From Gammaproteobacteria bacterium (lineage in GTDB: Bacteria; Pseudomonadota; Gammaproteobacteria; JBCCGL01), in the NCBI GenBank assembly GCA_965277715.1, contig OZ255836.1:1152001-1216000 (forward strand): a DNA stretch of 64,000 nt, written 5' to 3'. Shown one piece after another: positions 19,019 to 29,759 of the stretch. The notes under the pieces were generated by a model that searched no databases, was not told the origin of the DNA, and worked only from the letters and a program-made list of their open reading frames with translations. The first letter of the stretch is position 1. Every line of letters begins with the position of its first letter. The position numbers and the translations under genes are program-made.

Positions 19019-22000
19019 ATGAAGGTAAAAAATACTGCTATCACCTATACCGCATATGACTATCAAACTCTGCAGGGAGTAAAGCTTATTGCAGACTGGC
19101 TTCGCAGCCCCACCAAATATTCAAGGGTGGCATTTGAGGCAGACGAAGACACCAATGAAACACCTGCGGGTATTGACGATATCGTCGGTGAGCGACCGGA
19201 TGGCACTAAGGATTTCTGGCAGGTTAAATTTACCCCGTCGCCACACAAAGATGAAAACCGACTTTCTTGGGATTGGCTGTTAAGCGTCTCAGGTAAGACC
19301 GAAAGGTCTCGTTCAATTTTAAAAAAACTCTACGACGCAATTGTTTCAGTTCCGGCTGAAAATCTAGGTGATGTAGTTTTACTAACAAATAAGCTGCCCG
19401 ATAGAGACATAGAAGGATGCCTTTCTGGAGCAAAAGTCCTATTTGAAAAGATAGATAACGTCACAAAAAGCCTTATCGTAAACCAGCTAGGAAGCGACAA
19501 AGAGGCTGAATATCTTTTTTCAAGATTAACAGTTCAACACAGTGACGCTGATTACCACGTTACTAAGCGTTCAGTACAAGCTGGGTTTTTGAATTTTTCT
19601 GATGATGCAGGGGTCGAGCGGCTAATTTCACGATCCCGTGAATGGGCAATGTTCAAGGACAATCCTCCTGGCGATGGGTGGATTCATCTTCACCATATTA
19701 GAGAAATTTTGTCACCCAGGCGCCTTGAGCCAATTCCAGAAATTTTCTTTGTACCAGATGATTATTGCCTTCCTGATGTGGATTTTCACAACAGGATGAT
19801 CGAAAGGATAGGCGCCTCGAATGGAGAGGTGATCACCTTAACTGGAAAACCCGGAGGCGGGAAAAGCACCTACCTTTCCTTTCTATGCGAGGAATTAGAA
19901 CGCAGTGAAATTCCATTTGTCCGGCACCACTATTTTTTGTCTCTGGGGGATTCCACAACTGATCGCCTGAGCCCTAGGATTGTTGCCGAATCTTTACTTC
20001 ACCAAATTAGCAGCATCCACAAAGATGCTGGGGCAAATACAAGCCAACCAGAGAACCTTTCTGAAGCGATAAGGACATGCGCAAATTACTACAACGAAAA
20101 AGGCAAACCGTTCGTTGTGCTCATAGATGGGCTAGATCATGTTTGGCGCGATAACGCCAAAAATAAAAAACCTTTGGATGAAATATTCAAGCAACTTCTT
20201 CCAGCTAAAGACAGCCTAGTCGTTATCATTGGAACTCAGCCAGTAGATGACAATCTTTTACCTAACATTTTGCTTTCTAACTCACCAAAGCAAAATTGGT
20301 ATTGGCTACCAGAGATGTCGGGCAATTCCATTTATGAGTTTTTGGAGTTTCATGTAGAAGCTGGACGATTATATCTAAACTGCCATGAAAGCCATCGTAA
20401 CGAAGAGATTAAAAATGGCGCTAACGAGTTACTTCAGATAACTAATGGCTATCCTCTTCATGTAATTTACTCAACTGAGTATATTTCGAGTCACGGACTA
20501 GCTCTATCCCAATGGAACATTGAACGACTTCCGCCCTGCACAGACGGAAATATTGCAAACTACTACAACGAATTATGGCAATCCCTTAATTACAGACAAA
20601 AAGATGTTCTTCACCTTGCCTGCGGATTTAAATTCGCTTGGCCTAGACAAGCGATCAGCAAGGTAGTAAAAAACGATGAGCATGATAAAGCGCCAAGTGT
20701 CGATGCTGTTTCTCATTTGCTGTCTGAAACCATCTCTGGTGTTAGTCCCTTCCACGAAAGCCTTGTGGTATTTGTTACAAGTCTCATCGATCATCAAGAA
20801 CGAATAAAAGCGTTGATTCAAGATGTCTGTGATTGGCTTCAATCAGAAGCGCCAACTCACCTCAAAGACCAGTGGCTTTGGTCCTGTCAAGCCTTGGGGG
20901 GCAACACCGCTGAGCTGCGCCAAGGCATAACGCGCGACTGGGTGTTGGATAGATTAGTTGTAGGCATGCCCGTTAATGCATGCATACGATTATTATCAGA
21001 GGCAGAAGTTTATGCCTTCGGCGACCGAAACTATGCAGAGGCCTACCGGCACAGACAGCTAAAAACTAGACTAATCAACGGTCCCGAATTTCAAACTCGG
21101 GATTCTACTTCGCTTGAAGTGCTGTCTGCAGTTGGCGCCGCCCCACATGCTCTCAACGAGATTTTATCCAGGGTAAATGAATACGGCCCCCTAAAACTAT
21201 CAATACTGTCAATGGTGATGTGGTTTCGTGGGGAAATTGAAAAAGCCACCGAATTATCCAGAAAGGCAATTGATCGTTACCGAGCCAAAACGAAATTATT
21301 AGCCTCACGAAGTTCACAAGATGAAGAAAGCGAAGCTCTCAACATAGTAAAAGCTGGCACACTAACCGATAGCCTTAACTACGACGCCATATTTGATGAA
21401 GGCAACTTTGCTAAATGGCCAGATGGTTACATCACCAGCTTCAGATCCGCATGTCTTATCAAAAAGGATATAGATCTTCTGATGCGGGCTTGGAAATGCT
21501 TAGCTAGCAAATCGCCACACATTAGAAATATCGAGCTGGATGCTATTAGATTGAGTATTTTGGAAGACGCTGATATCTGCTGCTGGCCGGAGTACCAAAA
21601 CTTTTCTTCTCAAGAACTCAGTGGATTTTTAGGGGCATATTCTAAGGAAACACCAAGCGATATCCAGGCAGAGATTTTTGATAGTGAAAATCAGACGGCC
21701 TATAGAGTAGCAACTTCACAGAATTATCACACTTGGTTCTTCTCAGCATTGCAACTCAGAATTTGTGCTGAGGGAAATTTTAGCTGGCTACCTGTACGAG
21801 CGGAATCTGAAAGGGTAGACGTTTCAGATCACTATGATCTGCTAAACGAACTGGCAAATATTGTTGGGGTCGAGGTTCTGGCCGGAAACGCATTAACCTT
21901 CGATCTAATCTGCTCGCTGTTTCCAAACAATTCAAATCTTGATGACGCTCATTGGGAAAAGCGCAGAGCAGACATTTCATTTAAGAGAGAATGGATCGAA

Positions 22001-24790
22001 ATTGCTGCAGATTGCCACTTGTTAACATGCCAACGAAAAATATCGTCTGACGAGTTCGATAATGTTTTAAATTATGGCGTTTTTCGATCCGCCTGGCTCA
22101 GACTCTGGTACAAAGAGCTAAAGCTTGAACTGTTATCTGAAGGCGCAGCAAGACTGTTGATTGACCGAGAAATATTGCGCCAAGAAAGCGAGCTAGAGGA
22201 AACAATCGAAAACTCAAATGCGTACCTAGAACTTGCAGAAATAGCCTTTCAACACGATATTCAAGAATATTTCGAGAAATGCTTGAGGACCGCATGGGAC
22301 TTTGTTCTCGGATATGGACACCACAAAGACCCAACTATATTTGATGTTCTTAATGCAATTGAGTATCTATCAAAAAAAGACCCTAAATCTTCACTACAGA
22401 TATTGGAAAGAATTTCACCTATCGTGTTTAACATTTCCAAGTTTACAGATGGGGATGAAACTAGGCATTCCAAACACTCGATATCATCATTGGTGGCAAA
22501 GCTGAATCCTCAAACTGCCGCTTCAATATATGACCAAGAGCTTCGCGATGGCGAATGGTACTATGCAGAAAAGACCATTCAAAGACTATTTGAACGATCC
22601 GATTTATCATTAGCAATTGCTGGACAGCTGTTTCTGACCGGATTGCCATCTTCATGCTACGAGCCTATTAGAAAGCTGCATGAATCAGGGGATGCCAATG
22701 CCATAGATATCGCTTCAAATATTAAAAATTTACTAGACATCGACGTTCTCGATCAATCTAACGAAAACATAACAAAGTCAGATGAATTTGACGAAAAAAT
22801 CACATTAAGTTCGGCAGACTACCCTCCTGAATCCTTTGAGCAATTATCAGATGATTTGAAAGGAAAAATAAGCACTGGAAAATTTTGGAAGCGTTGGTAC
22901 CAATTCTGGCTAGAACAAGATAAAGAACCTGAGCTCATCCAATATTTGATGCCTCACACCCTGTCATTCGCAGAACGTTATGACGACAAACGATGTCTTT
23001 TGGATTTGCTATTTCGAAGCCAGAGAAAGATATCAGGAAAAACTAAGGCTTTTGATTTATTGGCGTTGGCACACAACGCGATGAATGGTTGGTCCAACTG
23101 GTTTGAAAGTTCTGAGAAAAGCATTGAAAGGCTTGATATTGTTGCAACTCAATACGCCAGCAAAATTGACGAATTCATTAGGCTGACAACTGAACAACCA
23201 GACACCTGGAAGGATAAATTTGGCAGCTTAATCATACCCAATGACAAGCTCGTATTTTTGCTTTCACAAGCAGGAAGGATAGATGAGGCGATAAAGCTAA
23301 CCATCGCCATGGTAGAAGGATTAGAGGACAGTGTCCGTAGTCTTAATTTGCCCAAGCCTAATTGGGATTGGGGAACTTCTGACACTCTCGATGACGCCTT
23401 GAGCAAACTGTTAATTTCAAGGCTAAAATGTCCTATCCCGTCAGTTAAACTATGGACTATCGAACAGATTTCTCGTCTTCTGAGCAGCCAGCAACCAAAA
23501 ATTGAGTCTTTGTTAGTGCAAGATTTGGCTGGCCGCAAACAAGAGTCTGAATGCGTAGAGGTGCTTTGCGTTTTTCATGTCGCGCAATCAAAAGGATATG
23601 CATGCCCTCAAGATCTTGGACGATATATCAAGGCAAGATCAACACTGTCTGACTTGCTTATAAAAAGCCTAACACAAAGCCCAAGTGAATTCGGTGAATA
23701 TGCATACCCATTTACACCAGACATTTGTCTCGGGGTTGATAACCATAGATTCAGCTACTTTCAAGGCAGCCACGTCCCGCGTCTATATTATTCATGGTTA
23801 AAGAAAGAAGAGAACCAAACTGGGATACCTTTCACAAGGTATTATGAGTTAGAGTGGTGTAATACTTTCGAATATTTGTCACCGGCTGAAGCACAGATTG
23901 ATTTTTTTCTTGGCAGCGACCGTCAACGCTCTACTGGCCAGTTTTACACACAAGCTAGCCATCGCGGGCGATCTGCTTATCTACGAACTATTGAGGTAGC
24001 AAAGCAATTCTATGGCATGCCAGAAACTTATGCTGAACACCTCTCGATACTTGCGCTGCCAATAGAGCCTGCATACACGGGGATAAAACCCAATAAACCC
24101 GCTTGGTTGCCAAAATGGGACAGCAATTGGAATGCAGATGTGGATGGCATAGCTCAGTTTATTAAGCTTGCTTTAGGCAATTTCGACTCAATCAAGGGCT
24201 CGCAATGCTTATTGGCTTTTTCACTACCAATCAAAATTGACGAAAACACGTGGATTGATGTGACAGTCGTAAAAGCTTCTGTTATCCAAAAATCCGGAGA
24301 GGATTTTGAAATAGAAGAACGCTCTGGATGTATTTCTATAGGAAATCTACTTGATCCAGAACTCACCTACGAGTTTCAAGATGACGATCAAATTCCAAGT
24401 GAGGTAATGGCCACTACACCATACCCATTCAACAGATATGGGCATTGGCATTCTGATATGGAGGCACGCGGTCTATACGTTCCAAAGAGCAATATTAAAG
24501 ACAAAAGAATTGTCGGCAAAGCTGTCGATGGTGCTTTCTGTTATTACCTTGGTGGATCAAATATAGGATTTTCCCTATTTTGGTTCTCTGGATGGCAGCC
24601 AAACCATCCTAAAGGTATTCGATCTCTCTGTGGCTCTTCGACAGTGATTTACAACAAAGGACTTGTTGACTGGTACAGGGCAAACGAATCATCAGTTAGC
24701 TTTGTATATGTATGTAAAGCCAAGGTTCTTTCATCGACAGATAGTTATCGTGACTTCGATGAGCAAGAACTGAGCTTCGTGATCACTTAA
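19019..24790 (+). CDS. Large nuclease-STAND NTPase (Avs/AVAST-like) antiphage protein
   Basis: N-terminal YDYQ...IDDI...FWQVK PD-(D/E)xK-like motif, Walker A GKPGGGKST, Walker B VLIDGLDH, GYPL, long helical C-terminus. ATG 19019 has an upstream GAGG. Confidence 0.75.
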   Translation: MKVKNTAITYTAYDYQTLQGVKLIADWLRSPTKYSRVAFEADEDTNETPAGIDDIVGERPDGTKDFWQVKFTPSPHKDENRLSWDWLLSVSGKTERSRSILKKLYDAIVSVPAENLGDVVLLTNKLPDRDIEGCLSGAKVLFEKIDNVTKSLIVNQLGSDKEAEYLFSRLTVQHSDADYHVTKRSVQAGFLNFSDDAGVERLISRSREWAMFKDNPPGDGWIHLHHIREILSPRRLEPIPEIFFVPDDYCLPDVDFHNRMIERIGASNGEVITLTGKPGGGKSTYLSFLCEELERSEIPFVRHHYFLSLGDSTTDRLSPRIVAESLLHQISSIHKDAGANTSQPENLSEAIRTCANYYNEKGKPFVVLIDGLDHVWRDNAKNKKPLDEIFKQLLPAKDSLVVIIGTQPVDDNLLPNILLSNSPKQNWYWLPEMSGNSIYEFLEFHVEAGRLYLNCHESHRNEEIKNGANELLQITNGYPLHVIYSTEYISSHGLALSQWNIERLPPCTDGNIANYYNELWQSLNYRQKDVLHLACGFKFAWPRQAISKVVKNDEHDKAPSVDAVSHLLSETISGVSPFHESLVVFVTSLIDHQERIKALIQDVCDWLQSEAPTHLKDQWLWSCQALGGNTAELRQGITRDWVLDRLVVGMPVNACIRLLSEAEVYAFGDRNYAEAYRHRQLKTRLINGPEFQTRDSTSLEVLSAVGAAPHALNEILSRVNEYGPLKLSILSMVMWFRGEIEKATELSRKAIDRYRAKTKLLASRSSQDEESEALNIVKAGTLTDSLNYDAIFDEGNFAKWPDGYITSFRSACLIKKDIDLLMRAWKCLASKSPHIRNIELDAIRLSILEDADICCWPEYQNFSSQELSGFLGAYSKETPSDIQAEIFDSENQTAYRVATSQNYHTWFFSALQLRICAEGNFSWLPVRAESERVDVSDHYDLLNELANIVGVEVLAGNALTFDLICSLFPNNSNLDDAHWEKRRADISFKREWIEIAADCHLLTCQRKISSDEFDNVLNYGVFRSAWLRLWYKELKLELLSEGAARLLIDREILRQESELEETIENSNAYLELAEIAFQHDIQEYFEKCLRTAWDFVLGYGHHKDPTIFDVLNAIEYLSKKDPKSSLQILERISPIVFNISKFTDGDETRHSKHSISSLVAKLNPQTAASIYDQELRDGEWYYAEKTIQRLFERSDLSLAIAGQLFLTGLPSSCYEPIRKLHESGDANAIDIASNIKNLLDIDVLDQSNENITKSDEFDEKITLSSADYPPESFEQLSDDLKGKISTGKFWKRWYQFWLEQDKEPELIQYLMPHTLSFAERYDDKRCLLDLLFRSQRKISGKTKAFDLLALAHNAMNGWSNWFESSEKSIERLDIVATQYASKIDEFIRLTTEQPDTWKDKFGSLIIPNDKLVFLLSQAGRIDEAIKLTIAMVEGLEDSVRSLNLPKPNWDWGTSDTLDDALSKLLISRLKCPIPSVKLWTIEQISRLLSSQQPKIESLLVQDLAGRKQESECVEVLCVFHVAQSKGYACPQDLGRYIKARSTLSDLLIKSLTQSPSEFGEYAYPFTPDICLGVDNHRFSYFQGSHVPRLYYSWLKKEENQTGIPFTRYYELEWCNTFEYLSPAEAQIDFFLGSDRQRSTGQFYTQASHRGRSAYLRTIEVAKQFYGMPETYAEHLSILALPIEPAYTGIKPNKPAWLPKWDSNWNADVDGIAQFIKLALGNFDSIKGSQCLLAFSLPIKIDENTWIDVTVVKASVIQKSGEDFEIEERSGCISIGNLLDPELTYEFQDDDQIPSEVMATTPYPFNRYGHWHSDMEARGLYVPKSNIKDKRIVGKAVDGAFCYYLGGSNIGFSLFWFSGWQPNHPKGIRSLCGSSTVIYNKGLVDWYRANESSVSFVYVCKAKVLSSTDSYRDFDEQELSFVIT

Positions 24791-25073
24791 ACTGTCTGCC
24801 CGGCGCGTAGGCGTTCGCTAATGTTAAGATATACATTAAAGACTCGCAACTTCGCCTCTTGAGCAGTCCATTTAGCCTCCTCCCTCCAGCCCAAACCCAG
24901 CGCATGAACTGTTCGTAAGCGCCAAAGAATAGACGTCTACCAATTACTCTGATCGCCCTTCACACTGCACCACAGCAACCGAATACCCGCATAGGCCCCC
25001 TGTGTCAGGCTAGTTGTCCCCCTCCCTAAATTGGGATTCAATAAGTTATTACAGGAGGCAAAGAGAGAGTGGT

Positions 25074-25568
25074 ATGCGTTATCCAATAGAAAGAAAGGCC
25101 GCTGTTTTAAAGAAGATGCTGCCGCCGAACAATCAGACAATTTCCCGGTTAGCCAAAGAAGAAGGCATTGCACAAGGTACGCTTTATAGTTGGCGAGCCC
25201 CAGCAAGAGCGAAAGGCGAACTCATGCCAGATGGCGATTTGACACCAGCAGGTTGGGGTTCTTCGGATAAGTTTTCAGCGGTTCTGGAAAGTGCGTCATT
25301 AAGCGAAACAGACCTTTCAGCTTATTGCCGTCATCGTGGTTTGTACCCTGATCAGATTAAGGCGTGGCGAATGGCTTGTGAACAAGCCAATGACTGGGAT
25401 CGCGCCCAAACGAAACGTTTACAAACCAGTCGTAGAGAAGCGGATAAGCGTATTAAACGTCTCGAACAAGACCTACACCGAAAGGAGAAAGCGTTAGCCG
25501 AAACAGCCGCTTTGCTGGTGCTTAGAAAAAAGGCCCAAGCGATCTGGGGGGAGGGAGAGGACGAATGA
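25074..25568 (+). CDS. IS3-family transposase OrfA
   Basis: HTH (GIAQGTLYSW) and EKALAETAALLVLRKK motif. Confidence 0.85.
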   Translation: MRYPIERKAAVLKKMLPPNNQTISRLAKEEGIAQGTLYSWRAPARAKGELMPDGDLTPAGWGSSDKFSAVLESASLSETDLSAYCRHRGLYPDQIKAWRMACEQANDWDRAQTKRLQTSRREADKRIKRLEQDLHRKEKALAETAALLVLRKKAQAIWGEGEDE

Positions 25569-26644
25569 CCTGCCATTCAGATCGCCAAAATAGTATCCGT
25601 TTAATCAAAGAGGCCGTTGTCGCTGGCGCTACATTAAGCAAAGCGTGCAAAGTGCTTGAGTGACACCCTAAGACGTACCGACGCTGGGCAAACGCGGGTA
25701 CTGTCCGTGCTGATGGCAGACCCAGCGCTCATCGACAGGCGCCTGGTAATAAGTTCACAGCAGAAGAGCGGGCATTGATTGTCACCACCTGTAATGAAGC
25801 GAACTACCAAGCGCTACCCCCCTCGCAAATTGTGCCCAAATTGGCGGATGAAGGTGTGTATATTGGGTCAGAGTCAAGCTTCTATCGGGTGTTAAAGTCG
25901 GAAAACCAACTGCAGCGGCAAGGTAAGGCGGCGGCGCCTAAAAAACGGCACAAACCTAACAGCTACCTGGCATCAAGGCCAAACGAGGTGTGGTCTTGGG
26001 ATATTACCTTTTTGAAATCGAACATAACAGGGTGGTTTTACCGGCTTTATATGATGATGGATATTTACAGTCGTAAAATTGTTGCCTGGGAAGTACATGA
26101 CAGTGAATCGGCTGATCTGGCAGCGGCGCTGATCCAGCGTGCCTGTTTAGCGCAGGGGTGCAGCCAAAGTCAATTGGTATTACACGCGGATAATGGTGGC
26201 CCGATGAAAGGTGCTACCATGTTAGCAAAACTGCAATGGTTGGGTGTGATACCTTCGTTTAGCAGGCCATCGGTAAGCGATGATAATCCTTATTCAGAAA
26301 GTCTGTTTAGAACCTTAAAATACACGCCTGCCTATCCGTCAAAGCCATTTGATAGTTTAGCCTCTGCGCGAAACTGGGTGCATGGATTTGTGCAATGGTA
26401 CAACGACTCTCATTGCCATAGCGGCATTGGGTTTGTGACACCAGCCTCGCGTCATAAAGGCGAAGACCACGCGATACTGGCAGCCAGAAAAGCAGTTTAT
26501 GAACAAGCAAAGGCCAAACACCCTGAACGCTGGAGTCAGGATATTAAACACCTCGAACCTGTATCGGGGGTGTGGTTAAACCCGGAAAAGGAAGGCTTGG
26601 CCATGAGACAAAAGCATAATGGAATTGAAAAGCAAGTAGCATAG
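25565..26644 (+). pseudogene. IS3-family DDE transposase OrfB, frameshifted near 25660
   Basis: WSWDIT, HADNG, DNPYSES motifs. The ATG 25565 frame stops at 25661-25663, while the homologous VTPKTYRRW continues in another frame. Confidence 0.8.
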
Positions 26645-26684
26645 TAAAACGGACAACTATCTTGACAAACACCGTAGGTGTAGT

Positions 26685-27002
26685 ATGAGCAATAAAGAAC
26701 GTGCGTTGTACTGGCGCAATCAAATTGAACAATGGCAAGCATCCGGTTTGAGTGGTGCGCAGTTTTGCCAGGATAACGGCATCAACTTGAAGCCGTTTTA
26801 CTATTGGAGCCGTAAATGTTCCCGTAAAACTATTCAAGCAGTGCAGAGTAACATGCCTGTAGCAGGCTTTACCCAAGTGATGGTGGCTGATAGGCAAAGG
26901 GCTGATCCGGGTTTGTGTTTTACGTTGGCCAATGGCTGTGCCATTTCTGGCATTACCGCCGCTAACGTGACGTTAGTTGGCGCGTTACTGGCGCAGTTAT
27001 GA
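26685..27002 (+). CDS. tnpA: IS66 accessory protein TnpA
   Basis: W...SGLSGAQFC...FYYW motif. Confidence 0.85.
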   Translation: MSNKERALYWRNQIEQWQASGLSGAQFCQDNGINLKPFYYWSRKCSRKTIQAVQSNMPVAGFTQVMVADRQRADPGLCFTLANGCAISGITAANVTLVGALLAQL

Positions 27003-27367
27003 CGGCCCGTTATTTGCGACTATCGCTCGATATTCCAAAGGTGTTTTTATACCGAGAGGCGGTGGACTTTCGTAAGCAAAGCAATGGCCTTGCGGCCATT
27101 GTTGAGCGAGAGCTGGGTCACAACCTGTTTGATGGTGGCTTATACGTGTTTACCAATCGCCGCCGCAACAAAATCAAGTGTCTGATGTGGGAGGACAACG
27201 GTTTTGTACTGTATTACAAAGCCTTGGCCGAAGAGCAATTTAAGTGGCCTGACCTCGATGAGGAAATCATTTCACTGACCGGCACACAAATAAATTGGTT
27301 GCTTGATGGCTATGATTTAGCCGCAATGAAAGGCCACAAAGTATTGCATTATGAATCTGTTTTTTAG
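26999..27367 (+). CDS. tnpB: IS66 accessory protein TnpB
   Basis: VDFRK, VFTNRRRNKIK, WEDNGF, WLLDG motifs. Confidence 0.92.
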   Translation: MTARYLRLSLDIPKVFLYREAVDFRKQSNGLAAIVERELGHNLFDGGLYVFTNRRRNKIKCLMWEDNGFVLYYKALAEEQFKWPDLDEEIISLTGTQINWLLDGYDLAAMKGHKVLHYESVF

Positions 27368-27374
27368 CCCATTG

Positions 27375-27564
27375 TTGAATTCAGGCTAAAGTGAACCGTC
27401 CCCGCACGATACGGTGTTTGAAATTCAGTGATGGAGGGGCGGGAAGCTATCCGGTGTTCAATGTTGGCACAGCGCGATTGAATCGCCGTCGGTAAACCAC
27501 CTCAAGTTGTTGACTATCGCTGATCCATTGATCCACAGGAATACCCAGACGCTTGAGTATTGGC
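27375..27564. repeat. 190-bp direct repeat, copy 1 (3' end of the Y1 transposase)
   Basis: Near-identical to 29570-29759. Confidence 0.9.
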
Positions 27565-27674
27565 TATATAGTGCCTGTCCTATTTTGTTCTATACATAGG
27601 GACCTCGACATGGGGGTAGTTTATGTTCGGTACAATATAATGCTACATTTGCCCCTTAATCTTTTAGCAACTTG

Positions 27675-28250
27675 TTATAAGGAAGTTAGTAGGCGTTTGA
27701 CACCTGCTATAAAAATATTGAAGCTGTGAGAACGGTTTTTGTTAATGTCCATATAGGGACCAATAGCTCTCGCTCCTCCTATTTTTTGATATTTTTTGTT
27801 CGTTATTTTTTCCAATTCTTCTTTGGCATTCCCCAACGCGTCAGGGTTGCGAAACTTTTTGTTGTTTTGTTGCTTGGACAGATTCTTAACATCAAGGCCT
27901 GACGCAACTGCTTGCAGGTCGCCTAGATACCAACTCTCCAATTCATGGCATGCTATACGAACTAGAAAGTAGGGTTTTCCCGCTTTTTTGCATTTGTCCA
28001 GCAGTTCACGTTTTATCAACTTGCAGTCCCCGCTATCCTGATCCCGCAAAATCACAAAGGCGGCATTAGGGTTCTGCCAGGCCCTTAATTTACCCAATAC
28101 CCTCTTTTCCAAGTCCTGTTTACCTTCAAAAGGTATACACAAAACTCGGATATCATCAGGAATGACTTGGGGCAACAAACCTGTCTCCAGCAGTACCTTG
28201 GCGCTCATTTCTTCCAAAAATACCACTAATTCGTCGATACCCTGGTTCAT
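27675..28250 (-). CDS. DUF4276/RloB-like (Toprim-like) protein
   Basis: FLEE, DQD, ELESWYLGD, SHSF motifs; overlaps the ATPase stop. Confidence 0.75.
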   Translation of the reverse strand: MNQGIDELVVFLEEMSAKVLLETGLLPQVIPDDIRVLCIPFEGKQDLEKRVLGKLRAWQNPNAAFVILRDQDSGDCKLIKRELLDKCKKAGKPYFLVRIACHELESWYLGDLQAVASGLDVKNLSKQQNNKKFRNPDALGNAKEELEKITNKKYQKIGGARAIGPYMDINKNRSHSFNIFIAGVKRLLTSL

Positions 28251-29437
28251 TTAGGGTCGGCCCCGTCAAACAACCCCTGCTTCCATAAATATCCCATCTG
28301 ATCGCCCTCTTCCATAAAAACCACCAATTGCTTGGATTCATTGGCGCGTTTAATCTGCGTTACACCTGCTTCTTTCACCAACCAGAATACTTCATCAATA
28401 GTGGCTGCGTTCAAGAAGTCGGGGGAATGGGTGGAAACAAAAACCTGCCCGCCTCGATTGGCATAATCACGAAACTCTTCAGCCAGTTCAGGTAACAAAT
28501 TTACGTAAAGTTGATTTTCCGGCTCTTCGATACAAAGAACCGGGTGGGGCTTGGGGTCGTAAAGCAAAACCAGATAGGCAAACATTTTTATGGTGCCATC
28601 TGAAACATAGCGATCAACAAAAGGGTCTTTAAAGGCGCCGTCCTGAAAACCAAGCAATAATCGCCCATCTTCAGTGCTTATGGTTTGTATATCCGTAACC
28701 CCTGGTACTCGATGTTTCATGGCCGTTTTAATTTTGGCAAAGATATCGCTATGGTTTTCATAAATGTTACGTGCAACCAGTTGTAGGTTATCGCCGGTAT
28801 CGGATAAATGATCTTCGTATCCGGTGGCATCCTTGGCACCGCGAGCGGCGTTAATATGAAAATCGGAAACGTGCCAATTTTCTATAAGCTGGCGAAAGGC
28901 ACTAGCGGCCTTAAAACGCGAAAACTGGCCCAAACCTTTAATAGCCAACACGTCCTCGGAGTCCAGTACCTGTTCCTCTCGGGCAAGTTCTTCGTCTGTT
29001 TTAGTGGAATCCTCTTCGTTGGTAATGGCATAACCTTTGCCGTTACTAAAATCAAGAAAGTGATACGGATGGCCATGCCTGCCGCGCTTATAGCGTAGCC
29101 TTTCTCTCTTAACATAAGCTTTTCCCAACTTTTGAGCCAACGTTAAGGAATAGGTTACCAGACGTTTTTTACCCGCGATTTGTATGCGGAACTGAATTTC
29201 AAAAAAAATTTCGTCATCTTCCGCTTCCCGGCTAAGCACCTCCTTAAAACCTCCACGGCGTTGAATCGCCGAGCGAACATTGTAGATAAGACAATCCTTG
29301 AGAAACCCAAAAACATCAAACAGTGTGGTCTTACCGGTTCCATTGGCGCCGACAATGACACACAGATTGGGAATGTCTGTCATTTTTATGTTACGCAGCA
29401 CCTTGTAGTTCTTAACGTGCAGAGTTTCTATACGCAT
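28247..29437 (-). CDS. ABC-type ATPase (AAA_21/AAA_15-like)
   Basis: GANGTGKT, SDGT signature, IEEPEN Walker B, STHS H-loop. Confidence 0.88.
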   Translation of the reverse strand: MRIETLHVKNYKVLRNIKMTDIPNLCVIVGANGTGKTTLFDVFGFLKDCLIYNVRSAIQRRGGFKEVLSREAEDDEIFFEIQFRIQIAGKKRLVTYSLTLAQKLGKAYVKRERLRYKRGRHGHPYHFLDFSNGKGYAITNEEDSTKTDEELAREEQVLDSEDVLAIKGLGQFSRFKAASAFRQLIENWHVSDFHINAARGAKDATGYEDHLSDTGDNLQLVARNIYENHSDIFAKIKTAMKHRVPGVTDIQTISTEDGRLLLGFQDGAFKDPFVDRYVSDGTIKMFAYLVLLYDPKPHPVLCIEEPENQLYVNLLPELAEEFRDYANRGGQVFVSTHSPDFLNAATIDEVFWLVKEAGVTQIKRANESKQLVVFMEEGDQMGYLWKQGLFDGADPK

Positions 29438-29569
29438 GTTGGAAATTTCCGGGTTCAACTTCTCTTAATTCTACACTAGTGTTCATTCGACACATCAACC
29501 AACAAATACCTTGGCCCCGCCCCTGATGTGGCAAAGTTCGATGGAATCAGACGTTACCCCAGCATTTTA

Positions 29570-29759
29570 TTGAATTCAGGCTAAGGTTAACCGTCCCCGA
29601 ACGATACGGCGCTTGAAATTCAGTGAAGGAAGGGGTGGGAAGCTATCCGGTGTTCAATGTTGGCACAGCGCGATTGAATCGCCGTCGGTAAACCACCTCA
29701 AATGTTGACTATTGCTGATCCATTGATCCACAGGAATATCCAGACGCTTGAGTATCGGC
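29570..29759. repeat. 190-bp direct repeat, copy 2
   Basis: Near-identical to 27375-27564; overlaps the 3' end of the Y1 transposase pseudogene. Confidence 0.9.

Larger units (their letters stand above)
24996..26674 (+). mobile_element. IS3-like insertion sequence with 4-bp target duplication
   Basis: IR cores TGTCAGGCTAGTTGTCC (25003) and GGACAACTATCTTGACA (26651-26667) match 15/17. TAGG direct repeats at 24992-24995 and 26675-26678 are equidistant from the IR cores. Confidence 0.85.
24915..27367 (+). mobile_element. Truncated IS66-family element (left end, tnpA, tnpB; no tnpC) interrupted by an IS3-like element
   Basis: GTAAGCG IS66-type end at 24915; tnpA and tnpB follow the nested IS; sequence changes abruptly after the tnpB stop. 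Confidence 0.7.
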
